DNA of 64,000 nt from a candidate division Kazan bacterium RIFCSPLOWO2_01_FULL_48_13 (GTDB taxonomy: Bacteria; Patescibacteriota; Kazan-3B-28; UBA10110), in NCBI GenBank assembly GCA_001771275.1, contig METE01000001.1:55158-119157 (forward strand), read 5' to 3'. Numbering within the stretch: the first letter of the stretch is position 1; each line of letters begins with the position of its first letter. The notes beneath the pieces are model-generated. The model searched no databases, had not been told where the DNA came from, and saw only the letters and a list, made by a program, of their open reading frames with translations. Of the stretch, positions 28,115 through 38,332 are shown piece after piece. The translations under genes and the position numbers were made by a program.

Positions 28115-29419
28115 ATGAGATACACGCAAAGTTTTCTTAAAACTAGCAAGCAAGCGCCGAAGGACGCCGAAACCATCTCACATCAGTTTTTGACCAGAGG
28201 CGGATTTATTCACACGCTGGGAGCTGGTTTTTATTCAATGCTACCAATGGGGTTTCGAGTCCGCGAGAAGGTAATGCAAATTATTAAAGAAGAGCTGAAT
28301 GCTATTGGGGTCGAGGATATGATCATGCCGGTGGTCCATCCAGCCAAGCTGTGGAAGGAGACCGGACGGTTCGAGACTATTGGCCCAGAACTTTGGCGGA
28401 TAAAAAACCGAAGCAAGGAGGATTTTGTGCTGGCGATGACTCATGAGGAGATCGTTACTGATGCGGCCAAGCCGATAATTAATTCATACAAGGATCTGCC
28501 CAAATTAGTTGGCCAAATTCAAATTAAGGTGCGGGACGAAGCGCGGGCGCGGGGTGGGTTACTAAGAACCCGCGAATTCACTATGCAAGATGCTTACTCA
28601 TTCGATCGCGACGAGGCCGGATTAAATAAAAATTACGATAAATTTATCGGTGCTTACAAAAAAATATTTAAACGAGTCGGCGTCGAAACAGTTATGATCA
28701 AGTCAGATACAGGAGCAATGGGAGGGTTGGATGCCGATGAGTTTATGATGGTAGCTGATAACGGAGAAGATAGGATCTTCACCTGTCCCGTATGTGGCTA
28801 CGCCGCTAATGCTGAGTATTTAGAAGCTGTGAGTTTGCACCAAGAGCCAGACGACATACCGCTGACAAAAGACGAAAAAAGTCAGGCTGTATCAAAATCT
28901 TCAGATTGCCCCCGCTGTCTATTGATGGACACCAAACACACAAAAATGGGAATTACACGAGGCATCGAAGTCGGGAACACATTCAAACTTGGCACTAAGT
29001 ACAGCGGACCGTTGAAGTTAAATTACAAAGACGAGAAAAACCAGGAACACTCGGTGGTGATGGGTAGCTACGGTATCGGAGTTGAACGATTGATCGCCTC
29101 GGTGGTCGAGGCGAGCCACGATGATAGTGGTATTATCTGGCCGGTTAATATTGCGCCGTACCGCGTTTATCTCATCAGTATTGGAGAAGATAAAGCAGCC
29201 GATAAGCTTTATCAACGGCTAATTAAGGCTGGGGTTGAAGTATTCTACGACGATAGAGATGTTAGCCCGGGCGAGAAGTTTGCCGACGCCGATCTATTCG
29301 GCATGCCATATCGGGCGGTCGTAGGGGCTAAGGCCAAGGGCAAGGTTGAGTTAAAGAAGCGCGATGCGAAAAAAGTGGAGTTACTATCGGTCACCGAATT
29401 TTTGCGCAAAGTTAAGTAA
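28115..29419 (+). CDS. proS: Proline--tRNA ligase (short form lacking editing insertion)
   Basis: Class II motif 2 RDEARARGGLLRTREFTMQDAYSF; motif 3 region GSYGIGVERL; anticodon-binding C-terminus. tRNA-Pro lies nearby. Confidence 0.75.
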   Translation: MRYTQSFLKTSKQAPKDAETISHQFLTRGGFIHTLGAGFYSMLPMGFRVREKVMQIIKEELNAIGVEDMIMPVVHPAKLWKETGRFETIGPELWRIKNRSKEDFVLAMTHEEIVTDAAKPIINSYKDLPKLVGQIQIKVRDEARARGGLLRTREFTMQDAYSFDRDEAGLNKNYDKFIGAYKKIFKRVGVETVMIKSDTGAMGGLDADEFMMVADNGEDRIFTCPVCGYAANAEYLEAVSLHQEPDDIPLTKDEKSQAVSKSSDCPRCLLMDTKHTKMGITRGIEVGNTFKLGTKYSGPLKLNYKDEKNQEHSVVMGSYGIGVERLIASVVEASHDDSGIIWPVNIAPYRVYLISIGEDKAADKLYQRLIKAGVEVFYDDRDVSPGEKFADADLFGMPYRAVVGAKAKGKVELKKRDAKKVELLSVTEFLRKVK

Positions 29420-29439
29420 GTCGCCTCCGCCATCTCTGA

Positions 29440-29551
29440 CTTTATTCTTGTCATCTATAGCATTCCCCCTCACTGTCATCCTGAGAGTTACCCCTGCTGT
29501 CATCCCAGAGCCGGAGGCGATAGCCATCCGACATCTGGGATCCAGGCGAAA
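29440..29551. repeat. Repeat modules upstream of GIY-YIG gene
   Basis: CTGTCATCCTGAGAGTTACCCCTGCTGTCATCCCAGAGCC...GGGATCCAGG. Confidence 0.6.
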
Positions 29552-29902
29552 ATGAAACAGTACTATGTTTATATCCTTGCCAGTAATCGTAACGGAACCT
29601 TGTATGTCGGGGTAACCTCTGTGTTGATTAAAAGAGTCCACGAACACAAGACGGACATCACAGCAGGGTTCACCAAAGAACACCGCGTACATCGGTTAGT
29701 ATATTACGAAGTAACCAACGACATAGAATCGGCCATTGCCCGAGAAAAACAGCTGAAATCATGGAATAGAAAATGGAAAATCGACCTGATTGAAAATACT
29801 AATCCGCAGTGGGAAGATTTATACCCGAACATTATCGGTCAAGATAGTGGCCTGGATCCTCGGGTCAAGCCCGAGGATGACAAAAGAATAGCCCGAGGAT
29901 GA
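29552..29902 (+). CDS. GIY-YIG nuclease family protein (small, YhbQ/COG2827-like); C-terminus runs into repeat array
   Basis: YYVYILASNRNGTLYVGVTSVLIKRVHEHK...LVYYE...AIAREKQLK; the last ~15 codons and the stop are inside the GGATCCTCGGGTCAAGCCCGAGGATGACAAAA repeat. Confidence 0.7.
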   Translation: MKQYYVYILASNRNGTLYVGVTSVLIKRVHEHKTDITAGFTKEHRVHRLVYYEVTNDIESAIAREKQLKSWNRKWKIDLIENTNPQWEDLYPNIIGQDSGLDPRVKPEDDKRIARG

Positions 29903-30170
29903 CAAAAAATAGCCCGAGGATGACAAAGAAGTGGCCCAATGATACCCCTCGCACTGTCATCCTGAAAACACTTTACTGGGCCAAAGGCCCCCCTTTGGGG
30001 CCGTAGGCCTATATAGATAACTTATTCAGGATCCAGGCCTGGATCCTCGGGTCAAGCCCGAGGATGACAAAAAATAGCCCGAGGATGACAAAAAATAGCC
30101 CGAGGATGACAAAGAAGTGGCCCAATGATACTAAAATGTACAGACTCAGAATGACACCAAGATAATTCAA
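29850..30170. repeat. Mosaic repeat cluster; segmental near-duplicate of 9640-9800
   Basis: AGCCCGAGGATGACAAA x5; CCTCGCACTGTCATCCTGAAAACACTTTACTGGGCCAAAGGCCCCCCTTTGGGGCCGTAGGCCTATATAGATAACTTATTCAGGATCCAGGCCTGGATCCTCGGGTCAAGCCCGAGGATGAC. Confidence 0.8.
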
Positions 30171-30172
30171 TA

Positions 30173-31960
30173 ATGCTAACGCTCGCAGACCTACTCACCG
30201 AAAAGGTTAAGCAAGCGGCCACAAGGTTGTGGCCGGAGATTAAGTTGCCGCCGTTTGATATTGTCGAACCACCCTCGACTGAATTTGGCGATCTCTCCAC
30301 CGCTCTCCCTCTGACTCTGGCGAAACTAACCAGCGAAAAGCCCACCACCATCGCCAAACAACTTAAATCAGCTATTAATGTTTCGGATATCGAGCATATT
30401 AAAGAAATCACTGTTACCGAGCCGGGCTATCTCAACTTTAAAATCGACTATATCGCACTCGGCTCTCATCTAATTACTAAAATTATCGGACAAGGCTCTG
30501 AGTACGGTACGTTTAGAGAGGATCTCGGTAACGCCTCAATCGAGCACACCTCGGTTAATCCCAATAAGGCGGCTCATGTGGGGCATTTGCGTAACGCTTG
30601 TTTGGGCGATACTTTGGCGCGGATTTTAAGCGCTTCGGGTTATCGAGTAGAGGTCCAAAACTACATTGACGATTTAGGGTTGCAAGTAGCTGATAGCGTA
30701 GTGGCTTGGGAGACTTTAGGTAAAGCTCCTAAAAATACTCCGATCGATAAATGGCTCTGGCGAATCTACGCCGAGATCAATACTAAATACAAAGACCAAC
30801 CGAAACTGTTGGAACGCCGTCAGCAAATCTTGGGAGAGATGGAGCAAGGCACTAATCAAACTGCCAAAGATATTGTGGCTGGTATTGTTACGGCTCAACT
30901 TAAAACTTTTGCTAAATTTGATATTAACTACGATTTATTAGTTTACGAACATGATATCGTCGAGAATCATCTGTGGGAGAATCTGTTTGAGGAATTAAAA
31001 CGGAAAAAACTAATTATTAATCCTAAGGATGGTCCTAACGCTGGGGCTTGGATAGTAAAGTTTGGCGAAACGGATAGGGAGGATAAAATTTTAGTAAAAA
31101 GTAACGGCCTGCTCACCTACACTGCCAAAGATTTAGCTTATGCTCTTTGGAAGTTCGGCAAACTACCCGAGATGCCCACTTACGAAAAAAGATTACAGCC
31201 ATTGGCATTACATGTTAATGTTATCGACAACCGCCAGACCTACCCGCAGGAAGTAATTAAACATGTGATGCAACAGCTTGGGTTCGAGTCCGAATCGGAG
31301 CACTACCAGCATTTGGCCTATGGGGTAGTTAAACTATCAGATAAGGCCATGAAGGTGTTGGGGCACAAGGTAGAAGCTGGCTCCACTCACTCGATGTCGG
31401 GACGAACTGGGGTTGGGGTAATGGTGGATGATTTATTGAATTTAGCTATTAAAAAACAGATAGCCGAACACCAGACCGAACCTGAAACAGCGCAGGCAAT
31501 TGCAACTGGGAGTATCCGCTACTATATGCTCCACAATCGACCAGAGAAAGATATTATCTTCGATTTTGACGAAGCGCTAAAAAATGATGGGAACACCGGC
31601 GTCTATCTGCAATATGCCTATGCTCGCTGCTGCAATATTTTGAACAAAGTCCCTGATTGGCGGCCGCAGACAGAGCGACTAACTGTTCCCGAGCTAACCC
31701 CCGAAACCACCGCGGTGATCAAATTATTAGAAAGCTACCCGATGCATATTAAGACAGCCGCCGAGGAGCTGGATCCATCGCTGCTCACCGACTTTGCCTT
31801 TGAGTTGGCTAACCGGTTTGCCAGTTTTTACGAGAAGAATCCGGTACTCAAAGCCGATGAGGAAGTTAAAAACTTCCGCCTACATTTGATCGTTAGCGTT
31901 AAACAAATTTTAGAGAACACCCTAAAACTATTGGGCATACCCGCGCTAACCAAGATCTAA
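30173..31960 (+). CDS. argS: Arginine--tRNA ligase
   Basis: SVNPNKAAHVGHLRNACLGD (HIGH region), DALR anticodon-binding C-terminus; 595 aa. Confidence 0.9.
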   Translation: MLTLADLLTEKVKQAATRLWPEIKLPPFDIVEPPSTEFGDLSTALPLTLAKLTSEKPTTIAKQLKSAINVSDIEHIKEITVTEPGYLNFKIDYIALGSHLITKIIGQGSEYGTFREDLGNASIEHTSVNPNKAAHVGHLRNACLGDTLARILSASGYRVEVQNYIDDLGLQVADSVVAWETLGKAPKNTPIDKWLWRIYAEINTKYKDQPKLLERRQQILGEMEQGTNQTAKDIVAGIVTAQLKTFAKFDINYDLLVYEHDIVENHLWENLFEELKRKKLIINPKDGPNAGAWIVKFGETDREDKILVKSNGLLTYTAKDLAYALWKFGKLPEMPTYEKRLQPLALHVNVIDNRQTYPQEVIKHVMQQLGFESESEHYQHLAYGVVKLSDKAMKVLGHKVEAGSTHSMSGRTGVGVMVDDLLNLAIKKQIAEHQTEPETAQAIATGSIRYYMLHNRPEKDIIFDFDEALKNDGNTGVYLQYAYARCCNILNKVPDWRPQTERLTVPELTPETTAVIKLLESYPMHIKTAAEELDPSLLTDFAFELANRFASFYEKNPVLKADEEVKNFRLHLIVSVKQILENTLKLLGIPALTKI

Positions 31961-33001
31961 ATGAAACCAAAAACAACCGACGACCAGGCGATTATGTATT
32001 GGGCGTTAGCTATTATTGTTATCGGCCTGGGGCTGTGGGGCTGGCTGGGACGATCACCTAAGGCCGACCTATCTGTTAATACCCCGTCGGCTATCAATCT
32101 ATTGGCGGTGGGCGATATTAATATGGGCCGGCAAACTGGCCAAAAGATCCTGGCTGGCGATACTAATTATGCCTTTAAATATATCAGCAGTGAACTGCAA
32201 AAGCCGGATATCACCTTCGGCAACTTAGAAAGCCAGCTGGCCGATTTAGGTGGTGAAACCCAATCCCCCACCAATGAATATCGATTTGCCGGCCCGCCTA
32301 CGAGCGCCGATGGGATAAAAAACGCCGGGTTTGATATTGTGTCGATCGCCAATAATCATATGTGGGACTATGGCCGTGACCGGCTATTTGAAACAATCGA
32401 TAATTTGGAGCGGGTCGGAGTAAAATATGTCGGCGCCAGCCAGGATCCGGCGAAGGTGTACGAACCGACAATCTTGGAGGTTAACCGGCAAAAGATAGCT
32501 TTCTTCGCTGTAACTGATATCTTAAACGGCTACGAAAAATCTGGCGCCACCGAATATGTGGCCTGGGCCGATCCCGATAAGCTGATCCCAGCTATCATTG
32601 CCATCAAGGATACCGTGGACTGGATCGTGGTCTCGATTCACTGGGGTTCTGAGTATATGGCTCAGCCAAGTAAAGCTCGGGTTGAATTAGGCCACCGATT
32701 AATTGACGCCGGCGTTGCTGTAGTAATTGGGCACCATCCCCATGTACCGCAGGGCGTCGAAGAATACAACGGCGGAGTGATCTTCTATTCGCTGGGAAAT
32801 TTTGCCTTCTGGCAGCCAATGACCTACTGGACCCAGCACAGCTTTATGGCCGACATTCAATTGCGCCCTACCGGCCGAGTCGAATATAATCCTGTTGCCA
32901 TTGCTGCCGGCTGGCAGCCCCGGCTGGCTCCTGATACAGCTACCGAGGAAAAGATCCTCAAATACATCGCCCAACTCTCCGAGCCCTTCACAAAAAAATA
33001 G
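31961..33001 (+). CDS. CapA-family (poly-gamma-glutamate capsule / metallophosphatase) protein
   Basis: N-terminal TM; VGDINMGRQ, IANNHMWDYG, VVIGHHPHVPQG, YSLGNFAF. Confidence 0.75.
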   Translation: MKPKTTDDQAIMYWALAIIVIGLGLWGWLGRSPKADLSVNTPSAINLLAVGDINMGRQTGQKILAGDTNYAFKYISSELQKPDITFGNLESQLADLGGETQSPTNEYRFAGPPTSADGIKNAGFDIVSIANNHMWDYGRDRLFETIDNLERVGVKYVGASQDPAKVYEPTILEVNRQKIAFFAVTDILNGYEKSGATEYVAWADPDKLIPAIIAIKDTVDWIVVSIHWGSEYMAQPSKARVELGHRLIDAGVAVVIGHHPHVPQGVEEYNGGVIFYSLGNFAFWQPMTYWTQHSFMADIQLRPTGRVEYNPVAIAAGWQPRLAPDTATEEKILKYIAQLSEPFTKK

Positions 33002-33026
33002 CCCAGCGTTTCAGTTTTAGACGATT

Positions 33027-33686
33027 ATGAGCGTTAAAAAACATGCTTTCAAAATTCCGACGAGCAGATTGAAAGGTATTCGCGGAATTTTATTAGATTT
33101 GGACAATACGCTCTATCGCTATGAGCCTTGCCAGCAAGCAGCTTTAAAATCAGCTTACATGCTGATACGACGCAAAGCCCCAATGGATTTTAGCGAGCTT
33201 AAACTCCGATACGAGGAAGCCCGCAATAATATAAAGAAGCCACTTATCGGCAAGGCGGCTTCACACTCACGGCTACTTTATTTTCAAAATCTTTTGGAGG
33301 CCTGTTTAAGGGGCACCGATGCTAAATTTGCGCTCGAGGTGGAGAGCGCTTATTGGGCCGGTTACTTCACGCGGATGAAGCTGCGTCCGGGGGTACTAGA
33401 TTTCTTGACCTGGTGCAGAAAAAATGGTATTGTGACTTGTATATTAACCGACCTCACGGCCGATATCCAGTTTAAAAAAATGATCCACCTCAAGATCGAT
33501 AAATTAATCGACTGGGTGGTCTCTTCTGAAGAGGCCGGAGCGGACAAACCACACAAAAGTATGTTCAGGCTGGCTCTAAAAAAAATGGGGCTAAGCCGAA
33601 GTGATGTTCTAATGATAGGCGACAACTACCACAAGGACATTCTCGGCGCTAAAGCTTTGGGTATTCGCACAGTACTCTCTAAGTAA
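33027..33686 (+). CDS. HAD-superfamily hydrolase
   Basis: LLDLDNTLY (motif I), ILTDLT, MIGDNYHKDILGAKALGIRTV (motif IV). Confidence 0.7.
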   Translation: MSVKKHAFKIPTSRLKGIRGILLDLDNTLYRYEPCQQAALKSAYMLIRRKAPMDFSELKLRYEEARNNIKKPLIGKAASHSRLLYFQNLLEACLRGTDAKFALEVESAYWAGYFTRMKLRPGVLDFLTWCRKNGIVTCILTDLTADIQFKKMIHLKIDKLIDWVVSSEEAGADKPHKSMFRLALKKMGLSRSDVLMIGDNYHKDILGAKALGIRTVLSK

Positions 33687-33713
33687 AATCAGGCGGGGCT
33701 TCAGCATATCTTT

Positions 33714-35882
33714 ATGATGCAACTCATAAAAACATACTTATACGATAGGAACGGTGATTTTAAGATACGCGTATTCAAAGATTCGCTATTCTGGAGTATC
33801 TTGGCTCTGAAGTTGGTGGCGTCTTGGTTTTTGGCCTCCCACCATCTCACCGATCTCTTCGCCAGATTTGTTAACTACTTTGTTGTCAGCGGACTAAAGA
33901 ATCCGTACGATTTTTTTGCCCAGTCCGGCGCTATCGATAGCTTCCCCTATCCTGGCTTGATGCTTTGGCTGCTAGCGATCCCGCGCGCCATCTTTAATTT
34001 TTTACTGGGCGCCGACTACACCGCCGTCTTTCATCTGCACATATTTCTCTACCGCCTCCCGGTTCTGTTGGCCGATATCGCCATTTTGGCAGTGCTGGCC
34101 CTCTGGCTCAAGGACAAGCCCCGCAGTGTGCTGAAATACTACTGGTGCTCTCCGATCCTGTTCTACATCAGCTACATCCACGGCCAACTGGATGCTATCC
34201 CCATCGCCCTTCTATTTGTCTCGCTGTATCTGCTGTTTAAAGAACGGCTCTTCTCGGCCATGACAATGCTGGGCCTGGCCATCTCCGCCAAGCTCGGGAT
34301 GCTAATCGTGTGGCCATTTATGATCTCCTATCTATTTCTCAAGCGAGTGGGATTAAAAAAGATCCTGCTGCTTTCGCTGGTTCCGTTAGCGCTGTTTGCG
34401 CTGTTTAATGCCGGCTATCTTTTCTCGGACGGTTTTAGGCAGCTGGTTTTGGCCACGCCCCAGCAGTTTAAGATCTTTGATTTTAAAATTAACTTCGGCG
34501 GTAATTTTGTTATCTACCTTGTGCCGTTTGCCTATCTGCTGCTGTTTATCAACAGCCTCAGCTATAAGACCTACAACCGCGATATATTCCTGATGTTCCT
34601 GGGCTTTAGTTTTGGCATCCTGACGTTTTTTATCCCGCCCATGCCAGGTTGGTACTACTGGATAGTGCCTTTCTTTGTTTATTTTTATATCAAACAAAAC
34701 CGCGCTCCGGTTATCAGCTGGGTCGCCCTCAACGCGCTTTACTTCCTTTATTTCTTGGTTATTCCTACCTCCGACCTATTTGCGGTTTTTGGCCCCACCT
34801 CGCCCACTATCGCTCAACTGCCTAACCTATACACCCTACTCTCCGCCTACGGGATCAACGCGCCGATCGTGGTTAATTCCATCTTCAGCCTGCTGCAAGC
34901 CGCACTACTTTTAAACGTATTTTGGATCTATCGCAAAGGCATCGAGAGCACCATGCGTTGCAAGCTGAGCTACGAACCGTACCTCATTGGCTTATCGGGA
35001 GATTCGGGCAGCGGCAAGAGCACCACCGCCTCGTTATTGCAGGATGTGTTCGGCGCTAAAAACATCGCCCTGCTCGCAGGCGACGATATGCATAAGTGGG
35101 AACGCGGCAGCGAGATGTGGAAAACATTTACCCACTTAGACCCCCGCGCCAACAACCTACATACCGATCTGTTCCAGGCGATCCGACTTAAAGAAGGGTC
35201 GGGGGTTTACCGCAAGCACTACGACCACTCAATTGGCCGGTTTACCCTGCCCAGAAAGTTAGAATCAAAAAAGGTGATCATCTTTGAAGGGCTACACTCC
35301 CTGTTTTTGACCAGGATGCGCGATATGCTCAATCTAAAAGTTTTTCTCAAGCCCGACGAACGCTTGCGGATACATTGGAAGATAGTCCGCGATACTTTGG
35401 AGCGCGGCCACGACAAAGACCGGGTACTGGCGCAGGAACAATCCCGTTTTGAGGATGCCGAGCAGTATATCCGCACTCAGGAGAAATACTCGGACATAAC
35501 TATCTCGCTTATCAGCGACGCGCAGCTGGACGATAACCTAGGGAATACCAATATCACTCCCCCGATTCACCTATCGCTCAAATGTCCTAACCACCTCAAC
35601 ATGGATCCGTTGCTTTCGAGATTAGCCGAGGAGCCTGGCGTTGGCCAGCTTGAGCATTCGTTCTCCGAAGAATTTCAAACTATTACTATGGCGGGCGATA
35701 TTAGCGCCGAACAGATCGATCGAGTGGCCCACTCGCTTTTCCCCGAACTATGGGACGTGATCACCCATGAGCCAAAATGGGCGGACGATTATCGGGGATT
35801 GATCCAGCTAAATATCTGTTACCGCATCTTCGAGCAGCTCAAGTTAGAAGACTATGAAAAAGGAATTACGCGATCTTATTAA
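33714..35882 (+). CDS. Fusion protein: N-terminal polytopic membrane domain (about 400 aa) + C-terminal phosphoribulokinase/uridine-kinase-family P-loop kinase domain
   Basis: About 10 TM helices, then YLIGLSGDSGSGKSTTASLL...VIIFEGLHSLF...KPDERLRIHWKIVRD (PRK/Udk family). Confidence 0.55.
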   Translation: MMQLIKTYLYDRNGDFKIRVFKDSLFWSILALKLVASWFLASHHLTDLFARFVNYFVVSGLKNPYDFFAQSGAIDSFPYPGLMLWLLAIPRAIFNFLLGADYTAVFHLHIFLYRLPVLLADIAILAVLALWLKDKPRSVLKYYWCSPILFYISYIHGQLDAIPIALLFVSLYLLFKERLFSAMTMLGLAISAKLGMLIVWPFMISYLFLKRVGLKKILLLSLVPLALFALFNAGYLFSDGFRQLVLATPQQFKIFDFKINFGGNFVIYLVPFAYLLLFINSLSYKTYNRDIFLMFLGFSFGILTFFIPPMPGWYYWIVPFFVYFYIKQNRAPVISWVALNALYFLYFLVIPTSDLFAVFGPTSPTIAQLPNLYTLLSAYGINAPIVVNSIFSLLQAALLLNVFWIYRKGIESTMRCKLSYEPYLIGLSGDSGSGKSTTASLLQDVFGAKNIALLAGDDMHKWERGSEMWKTFTHLDPRANNLHTDLFQAIRLKEGSGVYRKHYDHSIGRFTLPRKLESKKVIIFEGLHSLFLTRMRDMLNLKVFLKPDERLRIHWKIVRDTLERGHDKDRVLAQEQSRFEDAEQYIRTQEKYSDITISLISDAQLDDNLGNTNITPPIHLSLKCPNHLNMDPLLSRLAEEPGVGQLEHSFSEEFQTITMAGDISAEQIDRVAHSLFPELWDVITHEPKWADDYRGLIQLNICYRIFEQLKLEDYEKGITRSY

Positions 35883-36813
35883 GATAGCCCAGCAGTTCCG
35901 CGGCCGCCCTGACTTGGTTCAGGGCGCTGGGGGAAATCTGTCAGTTAAACTTAACCCCACCACGATGCTGATCAAGGCTTCTGGCTTGAGATTTAGCGAA
36001 CTTAAGGATCAGCGCGGATTTGTGGCGGTTAACTATGCTATGCTTCGCGCGCGCTACGCTAAAAATCGAAGGTTTGATGAGAAACAGGAGTCCCAGTTTC
36101 TTTTGCGTTGCGCTAATAGTTCTAGCGGAAAAAACGCTCCGCGGCCATCGATGGAGGCTGGCTTTCACGCGTTTTTGGGCCGATATGTGCTCCATACTCA
36201 TTCGGTCTATGCCAATACGCTCAACTGCTCTAGGGGCGGCCGAAAGATCGCGTTGGCACTCTGCCGCGACCTGGGAATTGATGCGGCGGCTTTAAACTAC
36301 TACCACCCCGGCCCCGATCTGGCCGCAGCGGTTCATCAGCTGGCAGATGAGCGCGCCACCTTACCGACCGTGATCTTTCTGGGCAATCATGGCCTGGTTA
36401 TCTCCGGTGATACCGCTAAAGAGGTGGTAGCCTTACATCAAAAAGTAAACACCGGCATTAAGCGCGCGCTTAAGCTGGATAAATATCCGCTCGTAGGCAT
36501 CCGGGCGGGATCTTTGGGGTTTACGTCCAAACACTTACGCGGGGTTAATAGTGCCAAATTAAAAAAATTGGTCTTGTTCCCCGATCAGGCGGTTTTTTGC
36601 GCCAATGAGATCAAGCGGCATAAAACTGGCCGGCCAACCTACGCCACCAAACGTGGCGAGGCCATGGTAATGGAAGAGATAATAAATGCGTGGAGTTATA
36701 TCCTCCGCTCCATCACCCGCCACAAGTGGTCACCGCTAATCCTGGATCGATCGGCCATACAGTATCTAACTAATATGGAAGCGGAGAAACATCGCAAAAA
36801 AATAGCTAGCTAA
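35854..36813 (+). CDS. Class II aldolase/adducin-family protein
   Basis: PSMEAGFHAFL...VLHTHSVYAN...FLGNHGLVISGDT (class II aldolase metal-binding His pattern). Overlaps the upstream gene by 29 nt. Confidence 0.5.
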   Translation: MKKELRDLIKIAQQFRGRPDLVQGAGGNLSVKLNPTTMLIKASGLRFSELKDQRGFVAVNYAMLRARYAKNRRFDEKQESQFLLRCANSSSGKNAPRPSMEAGFHAFLGRYVLHTHSVYANTLNCSRGGRKIALALCRDLGIDAAALNYYHPGPDLAAAVHQLADERATLPTVIFLGNHGLVISGDTAKEVVALHQKVNTGIKRALKLDKYPLVGIRAGSLGFTSKHLRGVNSAKLKKLVLFPDQAVFCANEIKRHKTGRPTYATKRGEAMVMEEIINAWSYILRSITRHKWSPLILDRSAIQYLTNMEAEKHRKKIAS

Positions 36814-36822
36814 GATAATTAT

Positions 36823-37437
36823 ATGAAACAGCCGATCATAGTTGCCCATCGAATAAATAAGATCTCGGAGCTGACAAACGTTCCATCAAGGTACGGAGTG
36901 GAGATTGATGTGCGTCACGATAAAGCTACCGATTCGCTCTATCTTAGCCACGACATTGGCCAGCCCGGACTCACCTACGACAGCCTGGATGAATATTTAA
37001 AACACTTTAATCATCGGTTCGTTATTTTTAATATTAAAGAAGCTGGGATCGAAGAACGCTGCATCGCTCTGGCAGCTCAATTTGGCATCCCTCGGGCCAA
37101 TTATTTTCTGCTAGATGTCGAGTTCCCCTATCTCTACCGGGCATCTCGCCAGGACAAGATAAGAGAGCTGGCCGCCCGCTATAGCGAGGCGGAACCGATC
37201 GAATTTGCGGAGGCGCAGAGAGGTTTTGTGGATTGGGTCTGGATCGATACCAACACTAGACTATCGCTCGATTTAACTAGCCCCAAAAAACTGGCCGGCT
37301 TTAAAACCGCACTGGTATCACCCGATCGGTGGGGTCGGCCGGAGGATATCCCCGCTTATCGGGCGGCGTTGGAGGCGATCGATTTTAACTTAGATCTAGT
37401 AATGTGCAGCCTGGAACAGGCGCGCTCGTGGGAATAA
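36823..37437 (+). CDS. Glycerophosphodiester phosphodiesterase (GDPD)-like protein
   Basis: N-terminal IIVAHR...VEIDVRHDKATDSLYLSHD resembles GDPD IIAHRG...ExDVxxTKDGxxVxxHD; 204 aa. Confidence 0.4.
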   Translation: MKQPIIVAHRINKISELTNVPSRYGVEIDVRHDKATDSLYLSHDIGQPGLTYDSLDEYLKHFNHRFVIFNIKEAGIEERCIALAAQFGIPRANYFLLDVEFPYLYRASRQDKIRELAARYSEAEPIEFAEAQRGFVDWVWIDTNTRLSLDLTSPKKLAGFKTALVSPDRWGRPEDIPAYRAALEAIDFNLDLVMCSLEQARSWE

Positions 37438-37441
37438 GCCT

Positions 37442-38332
37442 ATGAAAGTAATTATTCCGATGTCCGGCGCCGGCGATCGATTTAAGCGGGCTGGCTACAC
37501 CACCCCCAAGCCCATGATCTTGGTGGACGGTCGCCCGATGATCGATCATGTGGCGGACCTCTTTTCGCCGGATGACGAATTTATTTTTGTCTGTAACCAG
37601 GATCACCTCAACGATGTGTCGCTTAGGCTAGCCGACCATCTAAAAAACCTGCGCCCCAACGTAACGGTGATCGGGCAAGAGCCTAAGAAACTCGGGCCAA
37701 ACTACGCTATCCTGGCAGCCGCCGAATTTCTAAACGATGAGCCGGTGTTGGTAAGCTACTGCGACTATGCCCTGAGGTGGAATCGGGCCGACTTTTTGGA
37801 CAAGGTTCAGGCGCTGCATCCGGATAGCGCGTCGATCTGTTATATCGGTTTTCATCCACACCTGTTAGGCCCTAACCTATATGCCGGCGTACGAGTAGAT
37901 CAAGATGGCCGGGCGCTTGAGGTAAGGGAAAAACATTCCTTTACCGAAGATAAGATGCAGACCTGGCAGCAGGCCGGGTTGTTTTACTTTTCGTCTGGAC
38001 AGCTGCTAAAACGATACTGCGAACGGGCGCTCAAAGAGGGTTGGCTGCTAAATGGCGAATCATATACCAGCCTGCTATTTAACCCAATGCTCCAAGATGG
38101 GCTTAGTTCTTTGGTGTATCCGGCGGATTATTTCTGCCAGCGGGGCACCCCGGAGGATCTAGAGGAGTACGAGGCTTGGTCGCGGTTGTTAGCCCAAGAA
38201 CAGGGCCGAATTAAAGGAGTAACCGATATCCCGGCTAGCCGGTTAGCCAATGTCGGAATAAAATTTAGCCCCAACTCCCCTGAATACCAACGATCATACG
38301 CCTATTGGAAAAGTTATTTCGAGAATAAATAA
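37442..38332 (+). CDS. Sugar-phosphate nucleotidyltransferase (NTP_transferase fold)
   Basis: MKVIIPMSGAGDRFKRAGYTTPKPMILVDGRPMIDHV; stop TAA overlaps the ATG of the downstream paralog (TAATG). Confidence 0.6.
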   Translation: MKVIIPMSGAGDRFKRAGYTTPKPMILVDGRPMIDHVADLFSPDDEFIFVCNQDHLNDVSLRLADHLKNLRPNVTVIGQEPKKLGPNYAILAAAEFLNDEPVLVSYCDYALRWNRADFLDKVQALHPDSASICYIGFHPHLLGPNLYAGVRVDQDGRALEVREKHSFTEDKMQTWQQAGLFYFSSGQLLKRYCERALKEGWLLNGESYTSLLFNPMLQDGLSSLVYPADYFCQRGTPEDLEEYEAWSRLLAQEQGRIKGVTDIPASRLANVGIKFSPNSPEYQRSYAYWKSYFENK

